Origin: Acaryochloris marina S15
GTDB lineage: Bacteria; Cyanobacteriota; Cyanobacteriia; Thermosynechococcales; Thermosynechococcaceae
Direction of reading: 5' to 3'
Assembly (NCBI RefSeq): GCF_018336915.1
Contig: NZ_CP064923.1
Coordinates: forward strand, 3,600,001-3,632,000
Length of the DNA: 32,000 nt
This document shows, one piece after another, positions 8,214 to 16,711 of the stretch. The notes beneath the pieces are model-generated. The model was given only the letters and a program-made list of their open reading frames with translations. It was not told where the DNA came from and did no database searches. Numbering within the stretch: position 1 is the stretch's first letter; each line of letters begins with the position of its first letter. Made by a program: the position numbers and the translations under genes.

Positions 8214-9494
8214 CTAACGGGAGGACAACTGTTCATACCCTGGCCATTCCAGCCAAACAACTTCTTCTCGCAGTTGTTCGCCCGTGACACTGGATAAACG
8301 AGTTCGAAACAGCTCGACGCCCCGGACTTCATAGCCGAGTTCTTCAGCAATGGCGGCCAACAGCTCTCCTGTTCGAATTAAAACCTGGAGAAAAGAAGCC
8401 TGATCACCCACAACATAGGCCAGTTGGGCTCCCGGCTTTAGAATAGGGCGCAAGTTCGCAAAATGGCGCTTCATGCCCCCAAAGTAGAGGGCGGTGACCC
8501 TATGATATAACTTCTCAAACCCCGAATCTTTGTCCATTTCCAAGCGACGGCGTTCGATAGTCGCGGCGAGCTGAGTGACTTGCGGTGTGTTTGCCACCCA
8601 TAAATCATCCCGATCGGCGGCAAACGCATTGCGGGTATTCGAGCGGAGCAATGACTGTTTATAGGCTTTTAAGTCGGATGGATCCTGAAGAAACCCTAGC
8701 AGTACCGACTCTAACCGCGTGGTGCGGGTGTAGTCTTTTTCATTCGGATAGGGGGGAGAGGTAATCACCGCATCAATGGATTCTGGCTGAATCACTCGGG
8801 TTAAATCCCTGGCATCCTGGTGATGGCAAACCGTCGGCGGGGGGCAATCGATGCCACCTAAGTCTACGGCCATCGCCAAAACCTGCTGATGCCAAGCGGT
8901 TAAAACGGGAGCATCCTGTTTGCGCTGGCGGCTGATACCGACTTCTGGGGCAAATCGCAGGTTACTGGCGGTATGGACACTGGTATGGGCCAGGGCAAGC
9001 TGGAGGAGAGGTCGCAGTTGAGGATTCCGTTCGGCATCGATAGCATCCCGCAAGACCAGACATTTATGGAGGGGCAGATCGCCAATGGAGTTTTTGAGCA
9101 GCAGCGATTGTGCCTCTGGTGCCAGCTTTTTTAGGTGGGTTGTATTTTTAGGTGTAATGTCGCGGGAGAGGAGATAGCAAATCCGTTCTGCGGCTCCTCG
9201 CACTTGATCTGGATCAGCGGTCCAGGTGGTTTTGGTGCGGGAGGCAAACCAGGACATGGGAGTCGCCTCCACTCCCACAGCAGGAATCCCTTGTTTCTTG
9301 GCTTCTACAATCGTGGTCCCAGTGCCACAAAAAGGATCTAGGAGGGTGCTGTTCGCCGTTAGACCGAACTTATCAATATAGGTCCGGACCAAATGGGGTG
9401 GAAAGGACAAGATAAAGCGATACCAATCATGAAAACTGCGATCGCTCTCCTGCAAGCGATTCAGATTGAGATCCTTGGGATTAGAGGCGTCCAT
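8214..9494 (-). CDS. SAM-dependent N6/N4-type (SPPY motif) methyltransferase, DNA-methylase-like, no adjacent restriction gene
   Basis: 426 aa. SAM motif I LLDPFCGTGTTIVEAKKQG near the N-terminus and catalytic motif IV AVITSPPYPNEKDY about 190 aa later (alpha-type order). Its ATG overlaps the TAA of the upstream SDR by 1 nt (TAATG at 9492-9496). Confidence 0.75.
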   Translation of the reverse strand: MDASNPKDLNLNRLQESDRSFHDWYRFILSFPPHLVRTYIDKFGLTANSTLLDPFCGTGTTIVEAKKQGIPAVGVEATPMSWFASRTKTTWTADPDQVRGAAERICYLLSRDITPKNTTHLKKLAPEAQSLLLKNSIGDLPLHKCLVLRDAIDAERNPQLRPLLQLALAHTSVHTASNLRFAPEVGISRQRKQDAPVLTAWHQQVLAMAVDLGGIDCPPPTVCHHQDARDLTRVIQPESIDAVITSPPYPNEKDYTRTTRLESVLLGFLQDPSDLKAYKQSLLRSNTRNAFAADRDDLWVANTPQVTQLAATIERRRLEMDKDSGFEKLYHRVTALYFGGMKRHFANLRPILKPGAQLAYVVGDQASFLQVLIRTGELLAAIAEELGYEVRGVELFRTRLSSVTGEQLREEVVWLEWPGYEQLSSR

Positions 9495-10309
9495 TAAGAG
9501 GATTGCGATCTCGTCTGGGTAACAATCCGATCAAAATACCAGTTCAGTCCTGGAGCTAGAACGCTGTGTAGTTTGGCCAATAATCCCATTTCCAATCCAG
9601 GAGCCACCACAAACTGGTTATTTTTTACCCCTTGGACAATCTTTTGGGCCACATCTTCCGGCTGCCACATTTCCGCAGAGGCGGTAATGTTCTTCGTCTC
9701 TGGGGGTTTTGTTTTATTTTCCGCTTCCAGTTGGGGGGTATCCGTATCGGGAGGATAGACAATTGACAAGCCAATCCCAGTCCCTTTCAATTCTCCCCGC
9801 AAGGATTCAGCCAACCCCCGCAGTGCAAACTTGCTGGGGCTGTAAGGGGTATATCCAAAGAGCCCCACTAGTCCTGCCCCTGACGAAATCAACACAATAT
9901 GTCCCCGGTGACGCTCTTCCATTAGGGGCAAAACCGCTTTAACGGCATACAAAGTGCCAAAGTAATTGACCGCCATCGTTTGCTCAAAGACTTCGAGGGG
10001 AACATCTTGGAAATAACCTGGACGGGCCATACCTGCAGCGGTCATTAAAATATCGGGTGGTCCCAGTTGTGCAGTTGCAGTGTAAATAGCTTGGTTTAAG
10101 GCTTCTCGGTCAGCGACATCCGCCTCTAAAGCTAAAACTTGCTGGCCGGACTGGACTGCTTTAATGTCCTGAGCGGCTATCTCTAATTGACTAGGAGTGC
10201 GGGCAATCAGGGAAATATTTGCCCCATGACTGGCTAAGAGGCAAGCGGTAGCCTTACCAATACCACTCGATCCACCCGTAATCATGACATGGCGTTGATC
10301 AAAGTCCAT
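9494..10309 (-). CDS. SDR oxidoreductase, 3-ketodihydrosphingosine reductase (KDSR/Tsc10)-like
   Basis: The track ORF starts at TTG 10321; the ATG is at 10309 ([19 protein letters not shown]). Catalytic YSPSK. The C-terminal block [45 protein letters not shown] parallels human KDSR as I recall it ([43 protein letters not shown]). Confidence 0.8.
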   Translation of the reverse strand: [271 protein letters not shown]

Positions 10310-10362
10310 CCGTTGACTCAATAGTTGTCCTTAACGATAGAAATTACCCCGAACGCTCATCC

Positions 10363-11034
10363 CTATCGATGAACAATCTGTCGCAGCAGATAATTCCAGA
10401 TCTCCGGGATGGGGTGGCGAGGCTGACTCAGATGGGAAGTTTCTCCCGTAAAAGCCATGTTCCATTGTCCTTGCTCATGGACCAGTTTAGTTAACCCACA
10501 GGTGGGAAAGCGAACGGGAGAGCGCTGATCGACCAGTCCCCAAGCGGCTCCCTTGCCAATTAACTCATGGGTAACGATGAGCAGCGGCCCTGAAAAGGTC
10601 TCCACCAATTGCTGAAGCGCTTTTCCTGCCCGGGCAAGCGCCTCTGCTTCAGTTTCTGGGAACGGGGGAATGATATGGCTCCGGTAATGTCGATCAATTT
10701 GAGGGAAGCGATCGGCCATCTCACCAACAGGCAGCGGTTCTGGACAACGCTTAAACAGCTTGGAACTCATATGTTCTCCCAATCCAGCCTCCAGATGGAT
10801 GGGCAAATTCAAAGCCGTTGCTGTATGGACTGCCGTCACTACGGTTCGTAAAAAAGGAGAAGCAACGATATTCTCGATGGGTTCTGACTTAAGACACCGA
10901 GCCACATCCTGAGCCTCCACCACCCCTGCCGCTGAGAGACCTGGATCATGGGGACGTTCTGCCCGTTTGCGCCAGCCTAAGTCAGCATAATCTTGCCGAT
11001 GGCCATGGCGTGCAATCCAGACTACTTCAGACAT
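10363..11034 (-). CDS. histidine phosphatase (phosphoglycerate-mutase-like) family protein
   Basis: 223 aa. The N-terminal catalytic RHG motif (VWIARHGHRQD), the downstream ASPFLRTVVTA and the LLIVTHELIG second His are typical of branch-1 histidine phosphatases. Confidence 0.85.
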   Translation of the reverse strand: MSEVVWIARHGHRQDYADLGWRKRAERPHDPGLSAAGVVEAQDVARCLKSEPIENIVASPFLRTVVTAVHTATALNLPIHLEAGLGEHMSSKLFKRCPEPLPVGEMADRFPQIDRHYRSHIIPPFPETEAEALARAGKALQQLVETFSGPLLIVTHELIGKGAAWGLVDQRSPVRFPTCGLTKLVHEQGQWNMAFTGETSHLSQPRHPIPEIWNYLLRQIVHR

Positions 11035-11048
11035 ATTGGCACCCCAAA

Positions 11049-12383
11049 TTAGGCAGGGATTTCAGTCTCTATTTGAGACAGAGCAGAAGCAAGGGTCTCT
11101 ACGGTTTGGCGAATTTGGGCTTCCGTATGGGTGCTACTCAGGAAAAAGCGGAGTCGAGCCTCATTTTGGGGCACCACAGGGAAGGTCATAGGTTGGACAT
11201 TAATCCCTTGGTGAAAGAGCTGCTGGGATAGATGCAGCGCTTTGAGGGTATCGCCCACCATCACGGGAATAACAGCCGAACCTTGACTGGTCCCGGTGTT
11301 CAACCCTTTTTCTTTAGCTAAGTCTAGAAATAATTGAGCCCGAGCATGAAGCCGAGCCACGCGCTCTGGTTCTTGCTTTAGGACCTGTAGTGCCGCCAAA
11401 GACGCAGCCGTATTGGCAGGGGTAATGCCAATGCTATAGATAAAGCCGGGTGCCGTACATTTGAGGTATTCAATCAAAGGCTGGGAACCAGCAATATAGC
11501 CTCCACAGCTGGCAAAGGACTTACTGAGGGTGCCCATCCAAATATCAACGGTTTTAGGGTCAATACCAAAATGCTCACTAATACCCTGACCGTGCTCGCC
11601 CAAAACCCCAATCGAGTGGGCTTCATCCACCATTAGAAAAGCTTTATGGCGTTCTTTGAGTTCAATAAATTCGGGTAAATCGGGAATGTCGCCATCAGCA
11701 CTGTACACCCCTTCAATCACCACCAAAACTCTCTGATAGCGTTGCCGATGCTGCTTCAAGAGTCTTTCTAGATCTGCTGTATCATTATGGGCAAAGGACA
11801 TGGCCCGTGCACCTGACAGCATACATCCGAGAAAAATGCTGTTGTGGCTATAGGCATCGTAAAGAATCAGGTCATCACGGCCAAATAAATGTCCAATTGT
11901 GGTGACGTTGGTACCATGACCCGCGACGTAGAGAACGGCGTCATCTACACCAATAAAGTCTGCAATTCCTTGTTCAAGCTCTAAATGTAAGGCTTTCTCG
12001 CCAGAGACGGGGCGGCTAGCTGAGACTGAAGTGCCATAGCGATCAATGGCTTGTTTGGCGGTTTCTGAAACAGTTGGATGTCCGGCTAGCCCTAAATAGT
12101 TATAGCTGGAAAAATTGATCAGCTCTTTGCCATCAATGCAGGTTGTATCTCGAGCAATCCCTTCATGGACAGAGAAATAAGGGTTGCGGATATCATTCGC
12201 TTGCAGTTGGGCTTGCTGCTCTTTGAGCTGAAGATATTCAGGATAGAGATCGAAGCGATAATGTTCGGGAGGAATTTCGGGTTCAGATTCTGCTTTTTTC
12301 TGCAATAATTCCGCCAGCAATTCGCGTTTTTCTTCTGCGGAGAGATGATCCAGGGAATTAGAGGAATTACTCATGGGCAACAT
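11049..12383 (-). CDS. PLP-dependent alpha-oxoamine synthase, serine palmitoyltransferase-like
   Basis: 444 aa. NPYFSVHEGIARDTTCIDGKELINFSSYNYLGLAGHP, DEAHSIG and the PLP-lysine context GTLSKSFASCGGY (SPT-like GTFSKS rather than BioF GTFGKG). The start overlaps the carrier-protein stop by 17 nt, or 8 nt if Met4 is the start. Confidence 0.9.
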   Translation of the reverse strand: MLPMSNSSNSLDHLSAEEKRELLAELLQKKAESEPEIPPEHYRFDLYPEYLQLKEQQAQLQANDIRNPYFSVHEGIARDTTCIDGKELINFSSYNYLGLAGHPTVSETAKQAIDRYGTSVSASRPVSGEKALHLELEQGIADFIGVDDAVLYVAGHGTNVTTIGHLFGRDDLILYDAYSHNSIFLGCMLSGARAMSFAHNDTADLERLLKQHRQRYQRVLVVIEGVYSADGDIPDLPEFIELKERHKAFLMVDEAHSIGVLGEHGQGISEHFGIDPKTVDIWMGTLSKSFASCGGYIAGSQPLIEYLKCTAPGFIYSIGITPANTAASLAALQVLKQEPERVARLHARAQLFLDLAKEKGLNTGTSQGSAVIPVMVGDTLKALHLSQQLFHQGINVQPMTFPVVPQNEARLRFFLSSTHTEAQIRQTVETLASALSQIETEIPA

Positions 12384-12822
12384 TATGCTCTGACAACATC
12401 GCGTTCAGCAGGCCATCCACTTCATCGTCACTCAATACATCCAATTTGGACAGGAGTTCATCGGCATCTGCGGGTAATGCTGAAGTAGTGGGAGAACTGC
12501 CTTCATTATCGGTTACTAAGTGCTCTGATAATTCACGAATATTGGAATAATCTAGAACAAGCATGGGATCCAAACGGCGACCCAGAAAATGTTCCAGTTC
12601 ACCTGAAACATTGACGACTTCTACGGAGTTCATTCCGTAGTCAATGAAATCCACATCGATATCAATTTCCTCTGGACTCATTTCCAAAGAAGTTGCCAAG
12701 TGTTTTTTTAACCAGGCTTGAATGTCTGCCAATGTAGGGGAAGTCTGCAGGGGCGAAACAGTTCCCTGAGACTGTGCTTCCGCTACAGCGACCGTGCTTT
12801 GATAGTTATCCTGGATTGGCAT
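12367..12822 (-). CDS. free-standing acyl carrier protein with extended termini
   Basis: 151 aa. Phosphopantetheine-site region IDVDFIDYGMNSVEVVNVSGELEHFLGRRL (Ser within GMNS, a variant of G-x-D-S). About 40 extra aa at the N-terminus and about 50 at the C-terminus (DADELLSKLDVLSDDEVDGLLNAMLSE). Confidence 0.8.
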   Translation of the reverse strand: MPIQDNYQSTVAVAEAQSQGTVSPLQTSPTLADIQAWLKKHLATSLEMSPEEIDIDVDFIDYGMNSVEVVNVSGELEHFLGRRLDPMLVLDYSNIRELSEHLVTDNEGSSPTTSALPADADELLSKLDVLSDDEVDGLLNAMLSEHNVAHE

Positions 12823-12892
12823 ATTGTTTTTACTCTAATTGCTTAAACAACAGGTTAAACCGAATTGTGAATTTAAGTTAAAACTTCGGTTC

Positions 12893-12921
12893 ATCATAAA
12901 AGATTTATTTAACAGCAACAA
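12893..12921 (-). promoter_or_regulatory. candidate sigma70-type promoter for the ACP-AOS sub-operon
   Basis: Minus strand reads TTGTTG (12921-12916), a 17-nt spacer, then TATGAT (12898-12893), about 70 nt upstream of the ACP ATG and inside the only large gap (363 nt) of the array. Motif match only. Confidence 0.25.
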
Positions 12922-13185
12922 GGTGGCATGTAGAGATTACTCAATTGGCCCATTCTTTAAAGTCCTTAGAACTAAATGTTCTAGTCTCCTTAGTAATGCC
13001 GTTGATCAATCTAGCCCTTTGCCGTTATGGGAAAGTTATAACTTAGTCCAGATGGGGTGGGAGTGATCAAGGTTGCTTCAGTCGAAACTGCCTCATGTTA
13101 CGCATGGCTGATGTCTTTCCTGAGATAAGTGTGTAAGTTGAGACTGACTTTCTGCCTGAAAAAGTTCCAAGGTTTACTGTTTTTT

Positions 13186-15066
13186 TTAGGCGCGAGGCAT
13201 GCTCTTGGCTACACTCTCTAAGTCTCCCTCTAGAAATTTGGCTCTACAAGTAAACCGCTGAATTTTACCACTAGATGTCTTGGGAATACTGCCGGGTTTG
13301 AGCAGCAGCAGGGCATGAATCTGCAGGTCATGGTCTTTGGCAACCGCCCGACGAATTTGGGTGAGGATGTCTTTTTCGACGGCGGCAGGTTCTGAGTCTG
13401 AGGTCAGGGTTGTGGGAGGGACAAAATTATTGAGCTGAGCGGTTTGGGAGGATGGCTTCTTGCCATTTTTTTGATAGCGATTGATATAGTTCCGCTCCAA
13501 CTCCGCCACTACTACTAGCCGTTCTTCACCTGCTTCTGTAATCGAAAATGCAGCGGCACAATTGGGTCGAATACCGGGATAGCTTTGGACCACGGTCAAC
13601 TCAATGTCCTGGGGATAATGATTACGGCCGTTGATAATAATCACATCCTTTAAGCGACCCGTCACAAAAAGCTCGGAACCCACCAAAAAGCCATAGTCTC
13701 CAGTCCGTAGAAATGGGCCAGACCCGGTATCTGCTAAATGGGCCTGAAAGGTTTCTCCAGATACTTCTGATTGCCGCCAGTATCCCTGGGCAATGCTTTC
13801 GCCAGACACCCATATTTCGCCGACTTCTTCTGCTGAACATTGTTGGAGGGTTTCAGGATTGGCAATAACGATTTCCTGGCCTTGGAGGGCGGAGCCGCAA
13901 CCCACTAAGGTGCGGGCATCGGCATCTTTAGAATGGGCAGAGACAACTTGATGTTGTTCTAGGGCTGCGCCTTGGACTGTTTTTAGAGCGGGTTTGGCAT
14001 TTCTCTGTCCCCCGGAAACGATCAGGGTGGCTTCGGCAAGGCCATAGCAGGGGAAAAATGCTTCAGACCGAAATCCACAGGGGGCAAATTTGGTGGCAAA
14101 GTCTTCAAGGGTTTGAGCGCTGATGGGTTCTGCTCCGTTAAAGGCCACCCGCCAGGAGCTCAGGTCCAATCCCTGGAGCTGCTCTGGTTTGACTTTGCGC
14201 AAGCATAAATCATAGGCAAAATTTGGCCCACCGCTGGTAGTGGCTCGATAGCGAGAAATCGCTTGTAACCAGCGAATAGGACTTTGCAAGAACATAAAGG
14301 GGGACATCAACGCCACGGGAAACCCTCCATATAAAGGCTGCAAAATCCCACCGATCAAACCCATGTCGTGATAAGGCGGTAGCCAAATGACCCCTTGGCA
14401 TTGGGAACTATGCTCAAAGCATTGATGAATTAGAGATAGATTCTGTAAGAGATTGTCATGGGTGATCATCACCCCTTTTGGCGTTGCAGTTGATCCAGAG
14501 GTGTATTGAAGAAAGGCTAAATCTTGTCCTTGGGGATGAATCTCTTGCCAGGCTTGGCGGGGTTCGGTGACGCTGAGGCTATCGGTCGCCAGCCACTTGA
14601 GGGCGCTCAACTCTGCTGCATCAATCAGCTGTCGTTCGAGTTTCGACAGGATTTGGGACGTTGTCAGGGCAAAAATGGCTTGGGAATCAGCAATCACGCT
14701 TTGCAAGCGCATCAGGGAGCGATTGGGACGGGGTGGATAAATCGGGACTGCCGTGACGCCTGCATAGAGGCAGCCAAAGAAGGCGGCAACATATTCTAAT
14801 CCGGGCTGATACACCAATAGGGCTCGGTCACCCGGTTGGCAAGCAGACTGTAACGCGGCTGCGATCGCACGGGCCTTAGCATCCAACTCTGCATAAGTGA
14901 GATGGAGGGTTTCATCTTCACCATCGACTAAAAAGGTAAAGCCTTGATGATCTGGCTGGTGAGCCGCTCGATAGCGGAGTAAATCCACCAAACTTTCCAC
15001 CTTCGGTGGGCAAGTTCCTTCGACCTTGGCGTCCCAATTTGTTGTTTCAGCCACGTTATACTCCAT
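13186..15066 (-). CDS. fatty acyl-AMP ligase (FAAL)
   Basis: The track ORF (662 aa) extends into the upstream gene. The plausible start is ATG 15066 (MEYNVAETT...), 13 nt after the upstream stop. FAAL hallmarks: LVDLLRYRAAHQPD, FLQYTSGSTATPKGVMITHDNLL, GPNFAYDL, YGLAEATL, LRTGDYGF, PKTSSGKIQR. Confidence 0.9.
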   Translation of the reverse strand: MEYNVAETTNWDAKVEGTCPPKVESLVDLLRYRAAHQPDHQGFTFLVDGEDETLHLTYAELDAKARAIAAALQSACQPGDRALLVYQPGLEYVAAFFGCLYAGVTAVPIYPPRPNRSLMRLQSVIADSQAIFALTTSQILSKLERQLIDAAELSALKWLATDSLSVTEPRQAWQEIHPQGQDLAFLQYTSGSTATPKGVMITHDNLLQNLSLIHQCFEHSSQCQGVIWLPPYHDMGLIGGILQPLYGGFPVALMSPFMFLQSPIRWLQAISRYRATTSGGPNFAYDLCLRKVKPEQLQGLDLSSWRVAFNGAEPISAQTLEDFATKFAPCGFRSEAFFPCYGLAEATLIVSGGQRNAKPALKTVQGAALEQHQVVSAHSKDADARTLVGCGSALQGQEIVIANPETLQQCSAEEVGEIWVSGESIAQGYWRQSEVSGETFQAHLADTGSGPFLRTGDYGFLVGSELFVTGRLKDVIIINGRNHYPQDIELTVVQSYPGIRPNCAAAFSITEAGEERLVVVAELERNYINRYQKNGKKPSSQTAQLNNFVPPTTLTSDSEPAAVEKDILTQIRRAVAKDHDLQIHALLLLKPGSIPKTSSGKIQRFTCRAKFLEGDLESVAKSMPRA

Positions 15067-15079
15067 CCTGACTACAGGA

Positions 15080-15862
15080 TTATGAATTCGTTTTCGATTT
15101 GAATAGCCCTTGTAACCGCTGATCCCATTTCTTCTGATTGGTCTCTGCATCTTTGATATAGGGAGACCAAGCAATCAATTGGATAATGAACTGATTCAGT
15201 AGGGAAGCAGGGAATTTTAGAGGACGGACAATATCGACAAAAAGGACGACCCGAACTTCATCGGTATTATTCCAGGCCTCATGCTCGAAGGAGTCATCGA
15301 ACACTAGGCTTTTGCCTTCTTGCCAATGGCGCACATCATCTCCCACTCGAATCCCGCAGTCTGAAGCGGCCTCGGGAATGACCAGTCCCAGATGGTAGCG
15401 CAGAACGCCATTAAAGGGGCCACGATGGGGCGGTATTTGCTTTTGTGGCAGCAAAATAGAGAAAAAAGCAGTCTTTACACCGGGAATACTGACTAATAGT
15501 TTCGCCGTTTCCGGACAAAGACGACAGTTTTGCTCTGCCGTCACCCCGTAGGCATAAAAGAAAAAGGTTTTCCAGCGCTGATCATTCGTGATGTTGTACT
15601 GATCGGGGGAAATGTCTTGAAAATTAGGGAGGTCATCTCTATATTTAAGAATTTCATCTAATTCCTTACGGATAACCTGCCAATTATCCTCAAAAGTTTT
15701 TACCCATTCAAACTGAGCGGTATCAAAGAACGTCGAGTTTCCCACCAGGGAAGCAGACCGAATGATGCGCTCTAATTGACGCAACAGATTTTCACCTGCT
15801 TTTAGGGCGACCTCACGGTTCTTAGTTTTGAAATCGGTGTAAAACTGGCTCAATGCACTCAT
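15080..15862 (-). CDS. aspartyl/asparaginyl beta-hydroxylase (AspH/LpxO/OlsC) family Fe(II)/2OG dioxygenase, paralog 1
   Basis: 260 aa with ATG start. Conserved block KTAFFSILLPQKQIPPHRGPFNGVLRYHLGLVIP...HWQEGKSLVFDDSFEHEAWN, the two-His AspH-type core. No TM segment. Confidence 0.85.
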   Translation of the reverse strand: MSALSQFYTDFKTKNREVALKAGENLLRQLERIIRSASLVGNSTFFDTAQFEWVKTFEDNWQVIRKELDEILKYRDDLPNFQDISPDQYNITNDQRWKTFFFYAYGVTAEQNCRLCPETAKLLVSIPGVKTAFFSILLPQKQIPPHRGPFNGVLRYHLGLVIPEAASDCGIRVGDDVRHWQEGKSLVFDDSFEHEAWNNTDEVRVVLFVDIVRPLKFPASLLNQFIIQLIAWSPYIKDAETNQKKWDQRLQGLFKSKTNS

Positions 15863-15935
15863 AAGTTAGGGGGTAGAAATCAACAATTGGGCGCATTAAC
15901 ACTCCAGCCAATGTACACCATGATCTGTCTCGATG

Positions 15936-16682
15936 CTATTGGGACCCTTTAGCCGCTGATAACGCATCAAATCGCTGGTCCCATTTCTTTTGATTAGCGG
16001 CTGCACCTTGAATATAAGGGGACCAGGAAAAGAGCTGAATCACCGCTCGGTTCAACAGAGAGATCGGGAATTTAACCGGCCTCACCACATCCAAAAACAG
16101 GACGACACGTACACTATCCGCATCGTTCCAAGCCGTATGTTCAAAAGAGTCATCAAACACTAGGCTTTTACCTTCTTGCCAATGACGAATGTCCTTGCCG
16201 ACGCGAATGCCACATTGGTCCGTGGCCTCTGGCACCATCAACCCGAGGTGATAGCGCAGGACACCGTTATAGGGACCTCGATGGGGTGGGATGCGTTGGT
16301 GGGGTAGCAAGATCGAGAAAAAGGCTGTTTTTAACCCAGGGATTTGTTCAATCAACCGGGTGGTTTCTGGGCAGCGATCGCAGTTCTTTTCAGCCTTGAT
16401 GCCATAGGCATAAAAGGCAAACATTTTCCACTGGGTATCTTTAGTGAGTTCAGAGTCATATTCCACCAATTCTTCAAAATTGGGCAATGCCTCTTGGTAT
16501 TGGAGGACCTGTTCCAACTCTTGACGAATCGTTCGCCAATTCTTTTCCAAGAGAGAGACCCAACTAAACATATTGGGGTTAAAAAAGGTGTTGTGGCCCA
16601 CCAGGGACGAACGCGAAACCAACCCGCCAATATGTTTGCGCATTAAAGTTTCGAAAAATTCTTTCACGGGACTGTATTCCAA
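15936..16682 (-). CDS. AspH/LpxO family Fe(II)/2OG dioxygenase, paralog 2
   Basis: 248 aa from TTG 16682, or 235 aa from ATG 16643. KTAFFSILLPHQRIPPHRGPYNGVLRYHLGLMVP...HWQEGKSLVFDDSFEHTAWN. Clearly paralogous to 15080-15862. Confidence 0.85.
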   Translation of the reverse strand: MEYSPVKEFFETLMRKHIGGLVSRSSLVGHNTFFNPNMFSWVSLLEKNWRTIRQELEQVLQYQEALPNFEELVEYDSELTKDTQWKMFAFYAYGIKAEKNCDRCPETTRLIEQIPGLKTAFFSILLPHQRIPPHRGPYNGVLRYHLGLMVPEATDQCGIRVGKDIRHWQEGKSLVFDDSFEHTAWNDADSVRVVLFLDVVRPVKFPISLLNRAVIQLFSWSPYIQGAAANQKKWDQRFDALSAAKGSQ

Positions 16683-16711
16683 TGATGTGTTGACTATCGT
16701 AATAAATCCTT

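Noticed and set aside
8214-9494. Restriction-modification system
   Set aside because: Only a methyltransferase is present. The neighbours are an SDR and a CDF transporter, and no endonuclease-like ORF exists on either strand.
11049-12383. AOS gene as biotin-synthesis bioF
   Set aside because: No bioA/bioD/bioB/bioC genes are nearby, the PLP-lysine context is SPT-like, and the gene is embedded with FAAL, ACP and a KDSR-like reductase. A phylogeny is still needed to exclude it formally.
12839-13066. 75-aa plus-strand ORF in the FAAL-2/ACP gap
   Set aside because: It is on the opposite strand to the whole array, has a TTG-type start and no motif. It is more likely non-coding promoter DNA.
15067-15174. 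N-terminal 36-codon extension of FAAL-2 (the 662-aa track ORF)
   Set aside because: The extension overlaps the 3' end of hydroxylase paralog 1 and has no FAAL-like sequence. ATG 15066, 13 nt after the upstream stop, gives an N-terminus colinear with FAAL-1.
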